The notes under the pieces were generated by a model, which worked only from the letters and a program-made list of their open reading frames with translations, had not been told where the DNA came from and ran no database searches. From Gaiellaceae bacterium (GTDB lineage: Bacteria; Actinomycetota; Thermoleophilia; Gaiellales; Gaiellaceae), in the NCBI GenBank assembly GCA_049591255.1, contig JBAWEP010000071.1, forward strand, positions 7,786 to 71,785: 64,000 bases of DNA. The letters are read 5' to 3'. Below are positions 29,962 through 43,328 of the stretch, piece after piece (positions within the stretch are counted from its first letter, which is position 1; each line of letters opens with the position of its first letter). Made by a program: the position numbers and the translations under genes.

Positions 29962-30497
29962 CAGGCGGGCGCCTCCGTCTTTGCGGGCGCTCGCGGCGGC
30001 AGTACGTCGGCAATCGACTTGCCACGAATGCGCGCCACGTCTTCAGGCCGGCGCAAGCTCTTGAGAGCGTTCACCGTCGCCTTGGCCATGTTGATCGGAT
30101 TGGTCGTGCCCAGGCTCTTGGCAAGGATGTCGTGGATGCCGGCGAGCTCGAGCACCGCTCGCACACCGCCGCCGGCAATGACGCCGGTACCTTCGCTGGC
30201 GGGCCTGAGCATCACGCGAGCCGCATCGAACACGCCGATCGTCCCGTGGGTGATCGTGGTGTTGTGCTTGGGCACGGTGAAGATGTTCTTCTTGGCGTCC
30301 TCGACCGCCTTGGTGATCGCCAGCGGAACCTCGCGCGCCTTTCCGTAGCCCACTCCGACGCGATCGATCTCGTCGCCGATCGCAACCAGCGCGGTGAAGG
30401 AGAACCGTCGGCCGCCCTTTACCACCTTGGCGACGCGGTTGATCTCAATCACGCGCTCTTTCAGCTCACGTGGATCGGATGATTCTACGTTTCTCAA
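29961..30497 (-). CDS. rpsE: 30S ribosomal protein S5
   Basis: Core ..[25 protein letters not shown].. There is no in-frame ATG. The best start is TTG at 30497, which overlaps the rplR TGA. The start coordinate is the least certain part. Confidence 0.9.
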   Translation of the reverse strand: MRNVESSDPRELKERVIEINRVAKVVKGGRRFSFTALVAIGDEIDRVGVGYGKAREVPLAITKAVEDAKKNIFTVPKHNTTITHGTIGVFDAARVMLRPASEGTGVIAGGGVRAVLELAGIHDILAKSLGTTNPINMAKATVNALKSLRRPEDVARIRGKSIADVLPPRAPAKTEAPA

Positions 30498-30850
30498 AAC
30501 TCGAGCCCTCCTTCGCGCGCCGCGTCTGCGAGCGCCTTGACACGGCCGTGGTAGAGGTAACCGGCGCGATCGAAGACACAGGTGCCGATCCCGGCCTTGC
30601 TCGCGCTCGCCGCCAGGCGCTTGCCGACCTCGGCTGCCTGTGCGGTCTTGTTGCCCTTGAAGCTCTTGGGCAGGCTCGTCCAGACCGCCGCAGCGAGCGT
30701 GAGCCCGCGCTCGTCGTCCACCAGCTGAGCCGAGATACCCCGATTGGAACGGAAGACGACCAGCCGCGGGCGCTCGGCTGTGCCGGCGACCTTGCTGCGC
30801 ACGCGCCGATGGCGGCGCATCCGGGCCTCGCGTGTCGTGAGAGTGCTCAT
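30494..30850 (-). CDS. rplR: 50S ribosomal protein L18
   Basis: ..[20 protein letters not shown].. canonical uL18. Confidence 0.96.
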   Translation of the reverse strand: MSTLTTREARMRRHRRVRSKVAGTAERPRLVVFRSNRGISAQLVDDERGLTLAAAVWTSLPKSFKGNKTAQAAEVGKRLAASASKAGIGTCVFDRAGYLYHGRVKALADAAREGGLEF

Positions 30851-31380
30851 GCCCTCTTACCAACCTTCCGGCGCACATGCTCGCCGACGTAGCGAATGCC
30901 CTTGCCCTTGTAGGGCTCGGGCGGGCGCACGGCGCGAATCTCGGCGGCCGTCTGGCCCACCTTCTGCTTGTCGGTGCCCTTGACGATGACCTGCGTCGGG
31001 ACGGGCACCTCGAAGTCGATTCCGTCGCGCGGCTTGATGACCACCATGTGCGAGAAGCCGACCGCGAGCTCGAGGTCTTTCCCGTTGAGCGTCGCACGGT
31101 AGCCGACTCCCTGGATCTCGAGCTGCTTGGAGAAGCCCTTCTCGACGCCTTCCACCATGTTCGCGACGAGCGTGCGGGTGAGGCCGTGCAGAGCTCGATC
31201 GTCGCCGCGGTCGGTCGGCCTGGTCACGACGACCTGACCGTTCTCTTGCTCGATCTTCATCCGCAGCGGAACGACCTGCGAGAGGGTGCCCAGCGGTCCC
31301 GCCACCTCAACGCGCCCAGGCGCGATCGTGACGGTGACTCCGCTTGGTACTTCAATCGGTTTTCTGCCAATACGACTCAC
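30847..31380 (-). CDS. rplF: 50S ribosomal protein L6
   Basis: [19 protein letters not shown].. canonical uL6. Confidence 0.96.
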   Translation of the reverse strand: MSRIGRKPIEVPSGVTVTIAPGRVEVAGPLGTLSQVVPLRMKIEQENGQVVVTRPTDRGDDRALHGLTRTLVANMVEGVEKGFSKQLEIQGVGYRATLNGKDLELAVGFSHMVVIKPRDGIDFEVPVPTQVIVKGTDKQKVGQTAAEIRAVRPPEPYKGKGIRYVGEHVRRKVGKRA

Positions 31381-31430
31381 GTCAGTAAACGTCCTTCACT
31401 CGCCGGCAAGGCGCGCCGGGCTGTCGGTAC

Positions 31431-31826
31431 TCACCAAACAAAGCAGATGACCTCGCCCCCGATGCCTTCCTCTTGAGCGCGGCGGCTCGTGATGAGGCCC
31501 TTGGAGGTGGAAAGGATAGCTGTGCCCATGCCACCGAGCACGCGCGGCAGGCGATCGCCCTTGGCGTACACGCGGCGGCCGGGACGCGAGACCCGGCGCA
31601 GGCCACTGATGACCCGCTCCCGGTTGCGCCCGAACTTGAGCTGGATGACCAGCGAGTCGAAGCTTTCGCCCTTCTCGACTCGAAGATCGCGAACGTAGCC
31701 CTCCTCGACGAGGATGCGCGCAATCGACTCCTTTATGCGCGAGGTCGGCATGCGCACCTCTTCCTGCAGCGCCTTGTTGGCGTTGCGGATACGGGTCAGC
31801 ATGTCGGCTATTGGATCGGTCTGCAC
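31431..31826 (-). CDS. rpsH: 30S ribosomal protein S8
   Basis: [19 protein letters not shown].. canonical uS8. Confidence 0.96.
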   Translation of the reverse strand: MQTDPIADMLTRIRNANKALQEEVRMPTSRIKESIARILVEEGYVRDLRVEKGESFDSLVIQLKFGRNRERVISGLRRVSRPGRRVYAKGDRLPRVLGGMGTAILSTSKGLITSRRAQEEGIGGEVICFVW

Positions 31827-31838
31827 GGTCGCACCCTC

Positions 31839-32024
31839 CTACCAGGAGCTCTTGGTCATCCCAGGAATGACACCCTCGTGAGCAAGCTCGCGCAAACAGA
31901 TGCGGCAGAGCTTGAACTTGCGGAAAACCGCGCGCGGGCGGCCACAGCGCTGGCAGCGCGAATACCGACGCGTGCTGAAGCGGTGAGACCTCGATTGCTT
32001 GACTACTAGTGACGTCTTAGCCAC
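31839..32024 (-). CDS. rpsN: 30S ribosomal protein S14, type Z (zinc-binding, 61 aa)
   Basis: GTG at 32024 gives (M)[31 protein letters not shown]... It overlaps the rplE 3' end by 8 nt. Confidence 0.93.
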   Translation of the reverse strand: MAKTSLVVKQSRSHRFSTRRYSRCQRCGRPRAVFRKFKLCRICLRELAHEGVIPGMTKSSW

Positions 32025-32631
32025 GTTCCCTTCTTTCTGTGGCGAATGGCAGGCCGAGCCCTCGCAGGAGCGCAAGCGACGCTTCATCGCTTTCGGCCGT
32101 GGTGGTGATCGTGACGTCGAGCCCCCGAACCTGGGTGACATCGTCGTAGTTGATCTCGGGAAAGATGATCTGCTCGCGCACGCCGAGCGAGTAGTTGCCG
32201 CGCCCGTCGAACGAGCCCGGGTCGAGCCCGCGGAAATCGCGAATGCGCGGTAGCGCAACCGAGACGAGCCGATCGAGAAATTCGTACATGCGTGCTCCGC
32301 GCAGGGTCACCCTGGCGCCGACGGGCATGCCTTCGCGCAGCTTGAAGGCCGCGATCGACTTGCGCGCGCGCCTCATCTGCGGGCGCTGGCCGGCGATGAT
32401 GGTCAGCTCGTCCATCGCCGAATCGAGCACCTTGGGCTCGGTCTTGGCTTCGCCCACGCCCATGTTCAGCGTGATCTTCGCCAGTCGGGGCACCTGCATG
32501 ATCGAGCTCAGACCCAGCTCTTCCTTGAGCTGCGGGCGGAGCTCGCTCTCGTAGCGCTCCTTGAGCCGGGGCACGACGGACTCGCTGCTCTTGCTCTTGG
32601 TCGTCTTCTTGGGGCTCACTTTGGGGCTCAC
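32017..32631 (-). CDS. rplE: 50S ribosomal protein L5 with short Lys/Ser-rich N-terminal extension
   Basis: GTG at 32631 overlaps the rplX stop (GTGA). Core ..[30 protein letters not shown].. Confidence 0.93.
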   Translation of the reverse strand: MSPKVSPKKTTKSKSSESVVPRLKERYESELRPQLKEELGLSSIMQVPRLAKITLNMGVGEAKTEPKVLDSAMDELTIIAGQRPQMRRARKSIAAFKLREGMPVGARVTLRGARMYEFLDRLVSVALPRIRDFRGLDPGSFDGRGNYSLGVREQIIFPEINYDDVTQVRGLDVTITTTAESDEASLALLRGLGLPFATERRERG

Positions 32632-32999
32632 TTGTCGATCTCCTGACCGCACTCTTCACGCCGGCAGATGCGCACCTTGTGCATCTCGCCGTGGCGCTCG
32701 ACGACCTTGACGCCGACTCGCGTCGTCTTGTTGCAGACGGGGCAGACAATCATCACGTTCGAGACGTCGATCGGAGCCGGCTTCTCGATGATGCCGCCGG
32801 GAACGACTTGCGGGGCGCCCATGCGGCTGGCGTTCTTCATCGCCCGCGGTCGCGTGTGGCGCTTGATCTGGTTCAGGTTCTCGACGACGACGCGACCTTC
32901 GCGCGGGCGCGCCTCGATGACGCGGCCCTGCTTGCCCTTGTCCTTGCCGCTCAAGATCTCGACCAGATCGCCCTTCTTGATTTTCTGCTTGACAGCCAT
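32628..32999 (-). CDS. rplX: 50S ribosomal protein L24 (with Cys4-like motif in the C-terminal part)
   Basis: [25 protein letters not shown].. KOW motif. The ATG at 32999 shares one nt with the rplN stop; a GTG one codon upstream is also possible. Confidence 0.93.
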   Translation of the reverse strand: MAVKQKIKKGDLVEILSGKDKGKQGRVIEARPREGRVVVENLNQIKRHTRPRAMKNASRMGAPQVVPGGIIEKPAPIDVSNVMIVCPVCNKTTRVGVKVVERHGEMHKVRICRREECGQEIDK

Positions 33000-33367
33000 C
33001 ACAACACCTCTGGTGCCAGGGAGACGATCTTCATGAAGTTCCTCTCGCGCAGCTCGCGGGCGACCGGCCCGAAGATGCGCGTTCCGCGCGGATTGCGCTG
33101 GTTGTCGATGATCACGGCCGCGTTCTCGTCAAAGGCGATCTGAGTGCCGTCCTCGCGGGCGTAAGGCTTCTTCGTGCGCACGACGACGGCCCTGACGACA
33201 TCGCCTTTCTTGACCTGACCCTGCGGCGTTGCCGACTTGACGGTAGCGACGATGATGTCGCCCACGCGGGCATAGCGACGGTGATGGCCGCCCATCACGC
33301 GAATGCAGAGAATCTCGCGCGCACCGGTATTGTCGGCCACGCGAAGGCGCGACTCCTGCTGAATCAT
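32999..33367 (-). CDS. rplN: 50S ribosomal protein L14
   Basis: Start trimmed to [19 protein letters not shown].. (122 aa). Confidence 0.97.
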   Translation of the reverse strand: MIQQESRLRVADNTGAREILCIRVMGGHHRRYARVGDIIVATVKSATPQGQVKKGDVVRAVVVRTKKPYAREDGTQIAFDENAAVIIDNQRNPRGTRIFGPVARELRERNFMKIVSLAPEVL

Positions 33368-33383
33368 CTGGTCGCCTCCGTCC

Positions 33384-34115
33384 TCACTTGGCAACCTCCA
33401 CGATCTCCACGACACGCCAGGACTTGGTGGCCGAAAGAGGACGCGTCTCGACGATGCGAACGATGTCGCCGACCTTGGCCGCGTTCTGCTCGTCGTGAGC
33501 GTGGTACTTCTTCGAGCGGCGCACGACCTTGCGGTACTTCGTGTGCGCCTTGATCGTGTCGACCTTGACGACGATCGTCTTGTCCATCGCCGAGGAGACG
33601 ACCACGCCGCGGCGCTCCTGACGCCTTCCCTGCTCGGCCTCCGGCTTGGGCAGTCGAACCAGTGGCTTGCGAGCACCCTTCTTGGCGGGCTTCGCAGCAC
33701 GTTCCTTCGCCGGGCGCTTGCGACGCTCGCTACGAGGGACGTGGCGCTGGGAACGCGTTCGCTTGGCCGGTGGCTCGGGCGCGACTTCCGGTTCGGGCGC
33801 CGCCTCGGCCTCCGGCTCTTCCGCTGCTGCCTCGGGCTCGGGCGCGGCTTCAGGCGCGGCTTCAGGCTCGCCCTCAGGCGCTGCCTCGGCCTCCGGCTCT
33901 TCCGGTGCTGCTTCGGGCTCGGGCTCGGGGGTAGCTTCGGCCACCGGCTCTTCCGGCGTGGCGTCGGCTTCGGGCTGCTCGGGAGCAGCCTCCGGCTCGG
34001 GCGCGGCTTCGGCGGCCTGCTCGGTCACCTCGGCGGGCGTCTCCGCAGCCTCGGCTGCGGCCTCGGCCGCGGCCTCGACTTTGTCTTCGCTCGGATTTTC
34101 CTTGTTCTCTGCCAT
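33384..34115 (-). CDS. rpsQ: 30S ribosomal protein S17 with N-terminal extension of about 165 aa
   Basis: C-terminal 80 aa are canonical uS17 (..[29 protein letters not shown]..). The frame is open back to the ATG at 34115, 4 nt after the rpmC stop. There is no internal start before the conserved core. Confidence 0.9.
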   Translation of the reverse strand: MAENKENPSEDKVEAAAEAAAEAAETPAEVTEQAAEAAPEPEAAPEQPEADATPEEPVAEATPEPEPEAAPEEPEAEAAPEGEPEAAPEAAPEPEAAAEEPEAEAAPEPEVAPEPPAKRTRSQRHVPRSERRKRPAKERAAKPAKKGARKPLVRLPKPEAEQGRRQERRGVVVSSAMDKTIVVKVDTIKAHTKYRKVVRRSKKYHAHDEQNAAKVGDIVRIVETRPLSATKSWRVVEIVEVAK

Positions 34116-34119
34116 CTAC

Positions 34120-34323
34120 TTATTGCCTCTCCGGCGCCGCCTGGCGCTCAGCGCGAATCGTGATGATGCGAGCGATGTCACGCTTCACGAGCGTGATCCG
34201 CGCCGGGTTTTCCAGCGCGCCCGTCACGGACTGGAAGCGAAGGTTGAAGAGCTCCTGGCGCGTATCCGTCAACTTCCGCTCCAGCTCCTCGTCGCTCAGC
34301 TCGCGTATCTCCTTAGCTTTCAT
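34120..34323 (-). CDS. rpmC: 50S ribosomal protein L29
   Basis: Start trimmed to [18 protein letters not shown].. (67 aa). It overlaps the rplP 3' end by 11 nt. Confidence 0.95.
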   Translation of the reverse strand: MKAKEIRELSDEELERKLTDTRQELFNLRFQSVTGALENPARITLVKRDIARIITIRAERQAAPERQ

Positions 34324-34737
34324 ATGGACCACTCTCCCGCGCGACGACTTTCGTCTTGACGGCAAGCTTTTGACCCGCCAACCGCAGCGCTTCTTTCGCA
34401 AGCGGCTCGGCAACCCCGGCCAGCTCGAACATGACCCGCCCGGGCTTGATCACAGCGACCCAGCCCTCGGGCGACCCCTTGCCCTTGCCCATGCGCGTCT
34501 CGGCCGGCTTCTTGGTGTAGGTCTTGTCGGGGAAAACGTTGATCCAGACCTTGCCGCCGCGCTTGATCTTACGCGTCATGGCGATACGAGCGGCTTCGAT
34601 CTGCCGGTTCGTGATCCAGCCGGCATCGAGCGCCTTGAGCCCGAAGTCACCGAACTGCACGGTCGTCTGGCCCTTGGAGTAGCCACGCCGCCGGCCCCGG
34701 TGCATCTTGCGAAACTTGGTTCTGCGCGGAAGTAGCA

Positions 34738-34738
<1 letters not shown>
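34313..34738 (-). CDS. rplP: 50S ribosomal protein L16
   Basis: (M)[18 protein letters not shown].. with a GTG start sharing one nt with the rpsC stop. Confidence 0.96.
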
Positions 34739-36036
<1,298 letters not shown>

Positions 36037-36038
36037 CC

Positions 36039-36629
36039 CTACTCCTCTGCTTTCTTGCTCTTGGGCTTACGCTTCGTCGCTTTCGGCTTGGCCTCACCCT
36101 TGTCGGTTTTCTTGGCGGCCGGTTTGGCGGCTGCCTTCCGCCGCGCCTTCGGCTTTGCCTCGGCTGCGCCTGTCTCGGGCGCTTCCGCGACGGCCGGCTC
36201 GGGCGCCGTGCTCGTCTCGGCGCCGCTCGGCGCAGCGGGCTTCGCCGGCTTGGCGATCTCGCGCGGCGGCGTGAGCGACGCCAGCCTGATCGTGATGTGG
36301 CACGTGCCCTTGACCATCCGGTCGGCTCGACCGCGAGCGCGCGGCTTCCAGCGCTTCAGCCCGGGGCCTTCGTCGGCAAAGCAGGCCGAGACGATCATCT
36401 CGTCGCCGAAGAAGCCGTGATTAGCCTCGGCGTTGGCGACGGCGGAGTGCAGCACCTTGTCGATGTCGCGTGCGGCGTCGCGGGTCGAAAAGGCGAGAAC
36501 GGTTCGCGCCTCGGGCACGCTGCGGCCACGGATCTGGTCGAGTACCAGCCGTGCCTTGCGCGCCGAGCAGTGAACCCACTTCGCCTGGGCCCGTACCTCG
36601 CGGATTGTCTGTGTCTGTGCCTGTGCCAT
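36039..36629 (-). CDS. rplV: 50S ribosomal protein L22 with Lys/Ala/Pro-rich C-terminal tail of about 78 aa
   Basis: Start trimmed to [29 protein letters not shown].. The core ends near ..HITIRL. Confidence 0.93.
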   Translation of the reverse strand: MAQAQTQTIREVRAQAKWVHCSARKARLVLDQIRGRSVPEARTVLAFSTRDAARDIDKVLHSAVANAEANHGFFGDEMIVSACFADEGPGLKRWKPRARGRADRMVKGTCHITIRLASLTPPREIAKPAKPAAPSGAETSTAPEPAVAEAPETGAAEAKPKARRKAAAKPAAKKTDKGEAKPKATKRKPKSKKAEE

Positions 36630-36639
36630 CTCGCCTATC

Positions 36640-36924
36640 TCAGTGTCTCTTGACCTTTGCCTGCCGATCGCCGGCGTGGCCACGGAAGGTGCGCGTGAGG
36701 GCGAACTCGCCCAGCTTGTGCCCAACCATGGCTTCGTCGATGAACACCGGCACGTGCTTGCGTCCGTCGTAGACGGCGATCGTGTGCCCAACCATCTCCG
36801 GGAAGATGGTCGAGGCGCGCGACCAGGTCTTGATGACCTGCTTGCTGCCGGAGTCGTTCATGCGCTCGACCCGCGCCAGCAGGCGCTCTTCCACGAACGG
36901 TCCCTTTTTCGACGATCTACTCAC
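36640..36924 (-). CDS. rpsS: 30S ribosomal protein S19
   Basis: [16 protein letters not shown].. canonical uS19. Confidence 0.97.
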   Translation of the reverse strand: MSRSSKKGPFVEERLLARVERMNDSGSKQVIKTWSRASTIFPEMVGHTIAVYDGRKHVPVFIDEAMVGHKLGEFALTRTFRGHAGDRQAKVKRH

Positions 36925-36974
36925 GCTCTAAATCCCTCTCTGACTCGTTCTCGACAGCACGCGCGCCCGGCGGG

Positions 36975-37820
36975 CTAGCGGCTTCTTTCCTTGCCGCGCC
37001 TGCGCGGACGGACGATCAACTTGTTCGATTCCTTGTGCTTGTGACGGGTGCGCTTACCGAGCGTGGGCACGCCCCACGGGGTCACCGGATGGCGACCACC
37101 CTTCGACTTGCCCTCGCCGCCGCCGTGCGGATGGTCGACCGGGTTCATGGCCGATCCACGCACCGTGGGGCGCTTGCCTCGCCAGCGACTGCGTCCCGCC
37201 TTGCCGCCGGTTTCGTTCGAGTGGTCCACGTTACCGACCTGACCGATCGTGGCCCTGCAGGTGAGCGGTACGCGGCGCATCTCGCCCGAGGGGAGACGCA
37301 GCACGCCGTAGGGCTCGTCCTTGGCGACGAGTTGCACGCTCGCGCCGGCGCTGCGAGCGATCTGGCCGCCCTTGCCCGGCTTCAGCTCTACGTTGTGCAG
37401 CATCGTGCCGGTGGGGATGTTGGCGATCGGCAGCGCATTTCCGGGCTTGATGTCGGCGCTCGGGCCCGACTCGACCGTCGCGCCCACGATCAGGCCGGCG
37501 GGGGCCAGGATGTAGGCCTTGGCGCCGTCGACGTAGTGCAGAAGAGCGATTCGCGCCGAGCGGTTGGGGTCGTACTCGATCGCGGCCACCTTGGCCGGAA
37601 TACCGTCCTTGAGCCGCTTGAAATCGATCAGGCGGTAGCGGCGCTTGTGGCCTCCACCCTGATGGCGAGTGGTGATGCGGCCGTAGACGTTGCGTCCACC
37701 CTGCTTCTTGATCGGCTCGAGCAGGCTCTTTTCGGGCGTCGTCTTGGTGACCTCGTCGAAGGTCGCGACCGACATGAAGCGGCGTCCGGGGCTGGTTGGC
37801 TTGTATCTGCGTACGGCCAT
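36975..37820 (-). CDS. rplB: 50S ribosomal protein L2
   Basis: [17 protein letters not shown].. canonical uL2. Confidence 0.97.
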   Translation of the reverse strand: MAVRRYKPTSPGRRFMSVATFDEVTKTTPEKSLLEPIKKQGGRNVYGRITTRHQGGGHKRRYRLIDFKRLKDGIPAKVAAIEYDPNRSARIALLHYVDGAKAYILAPAGLIVGATVESGPSADIKPGNALPIANIPTGTMLHNVELKPGKGGQIARSAGASVQLVAKDEPYGVLRLPSGEMRRVPLTCRATIGQVGNVDHSNETGGKAGRSRWRGKRPTVRGSAMNPVDHPHGGGEGKSKGGRHPVTPWGVPTLGKRTRHKHKESNKLIVRPRRRGKERSR

Positions 37821-37838
37821 CTCTCGATCCTCTCCTAA

Positions 37839-37998
37839 TGCTCCGACCGGTGATGCTCTCGAGCTTCTGGGTCGCTAACACCAAGCGATGCAAGGACGCA
37901 GGGAGCGTTCGTACTGGTTAGTACGGACGCGACTGAGGACGCGGCAGCGCGCCGCGTGATCGCGGGCCAGAAGCCGAGGTGTATCGCCGGACGGAGCA
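37839..37998 (-). other. highly structured 160-nt insert between rplW and rplB (candidate cis-regulatory RNA or miniature inverted-repeat insertion)
   Basis: Terminal 16-nt inverted repeat 37839-37854 / 37983-37998 (14 of 16 pairs). Second helix 37858-37870 / 37967-37978 (12 bp with one bulge). Internal perfect hairpins at 37910-37925 and 37939-37957. No coding signal. Confidence 0.55.
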
Positions 37999-38295
37999 TC
38001 AGACCTGCGCGCCCTGGAAGATCTCGATCGAGTAGCCGTCGCGCAGCTTCACGATGGCCTTCTTCCAACCGGGCCGGCGGCCGCGACTCACACCGCGCCG
38101 CTTCGGCTTGGACGGCACCGAGACGATATTGACCGACTCGACCTGGACTCCGAACTGCGCCTCCACGGCCTGGCGCACCTGCAACTTATGGGCATCCTGA
38201 TGAACGCGAAAGCTGTACTGGCGCGCGTTGATCATGTGGTAGCTCTTCTCTGAGACCACGGGCGCGATCAGGATCTGGGTGGGATCGAGCTTCAT
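37999..38295 (-). CDS. rplW: 50S ribosomal protein L23
   Basis: 98 aa with the ..PVVSEKSY.. uL23 signature. ATGA-type overlap with the rplD stop. Confidence 0.95.
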   Translation of the reverse strand: MKLDPTQILIAPVVSEKSYHMINARQYSFRVHQDAHKLQVRQAVEAQFGVQVESVNIVSVPSKPKRRGVSRGRRPGWKKAIVKLRDGYSIEIFQGAQV

Positions 38296-38954
38296 TTCGA
38301 CTCTCCCTTGCGCGAAGCGCCCTCGGCCTTGGTCTGAACCAGCGGTAGCGCGGCTTCGGTCACCAGCAGCGAGCGCGCCCAGACCACAGCGGCGACCTCC
38401 AGTTCGCTGGCCGGAACAACCAGCGTGCGGCGAAGGTTGCGGACGCTCTTCACGAGCGTCTCTTCTTCGGGCTGAACGACGATAAGGAGCGGTAGCTCGT
38501 GCTGCCAGCCTGCGAGGAGCTCGAGCGCCTTCTTCGTCGAGGGCTCGCTCAGCGCGGCGCCGTCGACGACGGCGATTGAGCCGCGACGAGCGTGCTCCGA
38601 AAGCGCTCCTGCGAGTGCTGCTCGTCGCTCTTTGCGATTGACCTTGAAGCCGAAATCACGTGCAACCGGTGCGAAAGTCACGCCGCCGCCCGTCCAGTGA
38701 GGCGCTCGCGTGGTTCCGGCGCGCGCGCGCCCGGTGCCCTTCTGACGCCAGGGCTTGGAGCGGCCGCCGGCGACCATGCCGCGACTCTTGGCTCCGCGCG
38801 TGCCCTGGCGCGCCGCCGCCAGCTCGGCTCGCACGGCCTGGTGCAGCAGGTGTGGCTTGGCCTCGGCGGAGAAGGCGGCCTCGCTCAATGCGACCTCGCC
38901 CGCGGCCTTGCCGATCTTCAGCAGAGGAGCCTTGAGATTCTGCTCGGGGCTCAT
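38292..38954 (-). CDS. rplD: 50S ribosomal protein L4
   Basis: ..GGRSKPWRQKGTGRARAG.. canonical uL4. Confidence 0.96.
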   Translation of the reverse strand: MSPEQNLKAPLLKIGKAAGEVALSEAAFSAEAKPHLLHQAVRAELAAARQGTRGAKSRGMVAGGRSKPWRQKGTGRARAGTTRAPHWTGGGVTFAPVARDFGFKVNRKERRAALAGALSEHARRGSIAVVDGAALSEPSTKKALELLAGWQHELPLLIVVQPEEETLVKSVRNLRRTLVVPASELEVAAVVWARSLLVTEAALPLVQTKAEGASRKGESK

Positions 38955-39571
38955 CTCGCCTCCTCGCGAATCTCGACGATGCCGTTCTTGGGGCCGGGCA
39001 CTGCGCCCTTGATCATGATCACGTTCTGCTCGGCGTCGACCTCGTGCACCGTCAGGCCGACCTGCGTGGCGCGCTTGCCGCCCATGCGTCCGGCCATCTT
39101 CATTCCCTTCATGACGCGCGAGGGCCAGGCCGAGGCGCCGATCGAGCCGGGCTTGCGAATGTTGTGCGAGCCGTGCGACTTGGGGCCGCTGGCGAAGTTG
39201 TGGCGCTTGATCGTGCCCTGGTAGCCCTTGCCGATCGAGATGCCCGCGATCTTGACCTTGTCGCCGGGCTGGAAGATCTCCACGGTGACCGTGTCTCCAC
39301 TCGCCAGCTCGCTCGGGCCGCGGAACTCGACCAGGTGCCGATGCGCGCCGGCGCCGGTCTTGCGCAGATGACCGAGCTCGCCCTTCGTGATCTTGCGCTC
39401 GGCGACCGGCTCGAAGGCCAGCTGAACCGCGTCGTAGCCGTCCGTCTCGGGCTTTCTCACCTGCACGACCGGACAGGGACCGGCCTCGATCACCGTCACG
39501 GGCGTGACGACTCCGCTCTCCGGATCGAAGAGCTGGGTCATTCCGAGCTTTCTGCCGACTATGCCTTTCAC
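38951..39571 (-). CDS. rplC: 50S ribosomal protein L3
   Basis: GTG at 39571 gives (M)KGIVGRKLGMTQLF.. (206 aa). Confidence 0.95.
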   Translation of the reverse strand: MKGIVGRKLGMTQLFDPESGVVTPVTVIEAGPCPVVQVRKPETDGYDAVQLAFEPVAERKITKGELGHLRKTGAGAHRHLVEFRGPSELASGDTVTVEIFQPGDKVKIAGISIGKGYQGTIKRHNFASGPKSHGSHNIRKPGSIGASAWPSRVMKGMKMAGRMGGKRATQVGLTVHEVDAEQNVIMIKGAVPGPKNGIVEIREEAR

Positions 39572-39588
39572 GTTCTCTTCCAGTCCAC

Positions 39589-39897
39589 CTAGAGCTTGAT
39601 CTCGATGTCGACGCCCGCCGGTAGATCGAGTCGCATCAGCGAATCGACCGTCTTCGGCGTGGGCGAATGGATGTCGATCAGCCGCTTGTGCGTCCGTATC
39701 TCGAAATGCTCGCGTGAATCCTTGTCCTTGAACGGGCTGCGAATCACGCAATAGACATTGCGCTCGGTGGGCAGGGGCACAGGCCCGGTAATCGTTGCAC
39801 CGGTGCGCTGAGCCGTCTCGACGATCTGCGAAGCAGATTTGTCGAGCTGCTGGTAGTCATAGCCCTTGAGGCGAATTCGGATCTTGTGCTGTGGCAA
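39589..39897 (-). CDS. rpsJ: 30S ribosomal protein S10
   Basis: [19 protein letters not shown].. canonical uS10. Confidence 0.97.
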   Translation of the reverse strand: MPQHKIRIRLKGYDYQQLDKSASQIVETAQRTGATITGPVPLPTERNVYCVIRSPFKDKDSREHFEIRTHKRLIDIHSPTPKTVDSLMRLDLPAGVDIEIKL

Positions 39898-39987
39898 GCC
39901 TACGGCTCCTGGTTAACGGGAGAGATCTCCGAGCGCCGATCCGGCACCGCTTCGACCTCTCCCTTGTTCGAATGCTTCCTGTCTCTC

Positions 39988-41178
<1,191 letters not shown>

Positions 41179-41225
41179 GTTTTATTCCTCCGGAAAAACG
41201 TCCTAGTCTGACTGGTGGAGAATCC

Positions 41226-43328
41226 TTAGCTGGTTCGGTCTCGCAACATACTATGCAGAAGGTCTTGTGGAACTTCCGCGTAGTGGTCGAACTGCATGGT
41301 GAAGGTCGCTCGACCCTGTGACATCGAGCGAAGATCGGTAGCGTAGCCGAACATCTCGCCCAGCGGCACGCTCGCCTTTATCAGCTGGGCCGTTTTCGTC
41401 GGCTGAAGCTCTTCGACGCGACCGCGACGGGCATTGAGGTTGCCCATGACGTCACCGAGATAGTCCTCGGGAGTCTCGACTTCGACGGCCATCGTCGGCT
41501 CGAGCAGCTTCGGGTTGGCGCGCTTCATCGCCTCCTTGAAGGCGATCGAGCCGGCGATCTTGAACGCGCGCTCGCTGGAGTCGACCTCGTGGTAAGAGCC
41601 GTCGACGAGCTCGACCTTGGCGTCGACGACCGGGAAGCCTGCCAGCACGCCGGCCGCCATCGCTTCCCGTATCCCCGCATCGACCGATGAGATGTACTCC
41701 TTGGGAATCTTCCCGCCGACGATCTTGTCGGTGAACGAGTAACCCTCTCCGGGAGCGGCCGGCTCGAGATTGATGACGACGTCGCCGTACTGGCCCGAGC
41801 CGCCGGTCTGGCGAACGAACTTGCCCCGAATCTTCTCCACTCGCTTCGAGATCGTCTCGCGATAGGCGACCTGGGGACGGCCGATGTTGGCCGCGACGTT
41901 GAACTCCCGCAGCAGCCGGTCGACAATGATCTCCAGGTGCAGCTCGCCCATGCCGGCGATGATCGTCTGACCGGTCTCCTCGTCCTGGCGGACGCGGAAG
42001 GTCGGATCCTCTTCAGCTAGACGCGCGAGGGCGTTTGTGAGCTTGTCCTGGTCGGCCTTGGTCTTGGGCTCGATGGCGATGAAGATGACCGGATCGGGGA
42101 ACGTCATCGTCTCGAGCAGGATCGGCTGCTTCTCGCCCGTGAGCGTGTCGCCCGTGGTCGTGAACTTGAGCCCGACCGCCGCTGCGATCTCGCCGGGGCC
42201 GATCTCGGCCCGCTCCTCGCGGTGGTTGGCGTGCATCTGGAGGATGCGACCGATGCGCTCGGTCTTGCCGTTCGAGGCGTTGAGCACGCGCTGGCCGGTC
42301 TTGGCCTTGCCGGCGTAGACGCGGAAGTAGGTGAGCTTGCCGACGAAGGGATCGGACATGACCTTGAAGGCGAGCGCCGTAAAGGGCTCGTCCTCCGAGG
42401 CGGATCGCTCCATCTCCTCGCCGCTCTTGGGGTCGACGCCGCGCACCGGCGGAACGTCAAGCGGGCTCGGCAGGTACTCCACGACCGCATCGAGCAGCGG
42501 CTGCACGCCCTTGTTCTTGAAGGCGGAGCCGAGCAGGACGGGTGTCACGCCGTTTGCGAGCGTGCCGCGCCTGAGCGCGTGGCGAAGCATGTCGGGGGTC
42601 ACCGACTCCTCGTCCTCGACGTAGGTCTCCATCAGCTCGTCGTCGTACTCGGCGACCCTGTCGATCAGCAGGTGGTGGTAGGTGTGCGCCTGCTCGGCGA
42701 GCTCCTCCGGAATCTCGATGACCTCGGGCGTCTCGCCCAGCAGGTCGTTCCAGACGATGCCCTTCATCTCGACCAGGTCGACGACGCCCATGTGCTTGTC
42801 CTCTTGCCCGATCGGGATCTGCACCGGGACGGGAATCGCTCCCAGGCGATCGACCATCGACTTGACCGAGGCGAAGAAGTCGGCGCCGGTGCGATCCATC
42901 TTGTTGATGAAGGCGATGCGCGGAACTTCGTAGTGATCGGCCTGGCGCCAGACGGTCTCGGATTGAGGCTGAACGCCCGCAACAGCGTCGAAGACCGCAA
43001 CGGCGCCGTCGAGAACGCGGAGGCTTCGCTCCACTTCCATCGTAAAGTCCACGTGCCCGGGCGTATCGATGATATTGACACGAAAACCGCGCCACTCCGC
43101 CGTAGTCGCCGCCGACGTGATCGTGATGCCGCGCTCCTGCTCCTGCGCCATCCAGTCCATCGTCGCGGCGCCCTCGTGCACCTCGCCCATCTTGTGTGTG
43201 CGGCCGGTGTAGTAGAGGATGCGCTCGGTCGTCGTCGTCTTGCCCGCGTCGATGTGGGCCATGATGCCGATGTTGCGCACATTCTCGAGGCCGGCGGCCA
43301 CGCTGGTCTTCGTCATCGTGGCCATCAC
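41226..43328 (-). CDS. fusA: elongation factor G
   Basis: [14 protein letters not shown] and NKMD motifs. GTG at 43328 overlaps the rpsG stop (GTGA); the next codon is ATG (43325) and could be the true start. Confidence 0.98.
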   Translation of the reverse strand: MMATMTKTSVAAGLENVRNIGIMAHIDAGKTTTTERILYYTGRTHKMGEVHEGAATMDWMAQEQERGITITSAATTAEWRGFRVNIIDTPGHVDFTMEVERSLRVLDGAVAVFDAVAGVQPQSETVWRQADHYEVPRIAFINKMDRTGADFFASVKSMVDRLGAIPVPVQIPIGQEDKHMGVVDLVEMKGIVWNDLLGETPEVIEIPEELAEQAHTYHHLLIDRVAEYDDELMETYVEDEESVTPDMLRHALRRGTLANGVTPVLLGSAFKNKGVQPLLDAVVEYLPSPLDVPPVRGVDPKSGEEMERSASEDEPFTALAFKVMSDPFVGKLTYFRVYAGKAKTGQRVLNASNGKTERIGRILQMHANHREERAEIGPGEIAAAVGLKFTTTGDTLTGEKQPILLETMTFPDPVIFIAIEPKTKADQDKLTNALARLAEEDPTFRVRQDEETGQTIIAGMGELHLEIIVDRLLREFNVAANIGRPQVAYRETISKRVEKIRGKFVRQTGGSGQYGDVVINLEPAAPGEGYSFTDKIVGGKIPKEYISSVDAGIREAMAAGVLAGFPVVDAKVELVDGSYHEVDSSERAFKIAGSIAFKEAMKRANPKLLEPTMAVEVETPEDYLGDVMGNLNARRGRVEELQPTKTAQLIKASVPLGEMFGYATDLRSMSQGRATFTMQFDHYAEVPQDLLHSMLRDRTS

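Noticed and set aside
37821-37998. Target-site duplication flanking the S10-operon insert, which would support a MITE origin.
   Set aside because: The bases immediately outside the 16-nt terminal inverted repeats (..CTAA | and | TCAG..) do not form a clear direct repeat. The MITE interpretation therefore remains unproven and the element is reported neutrally.
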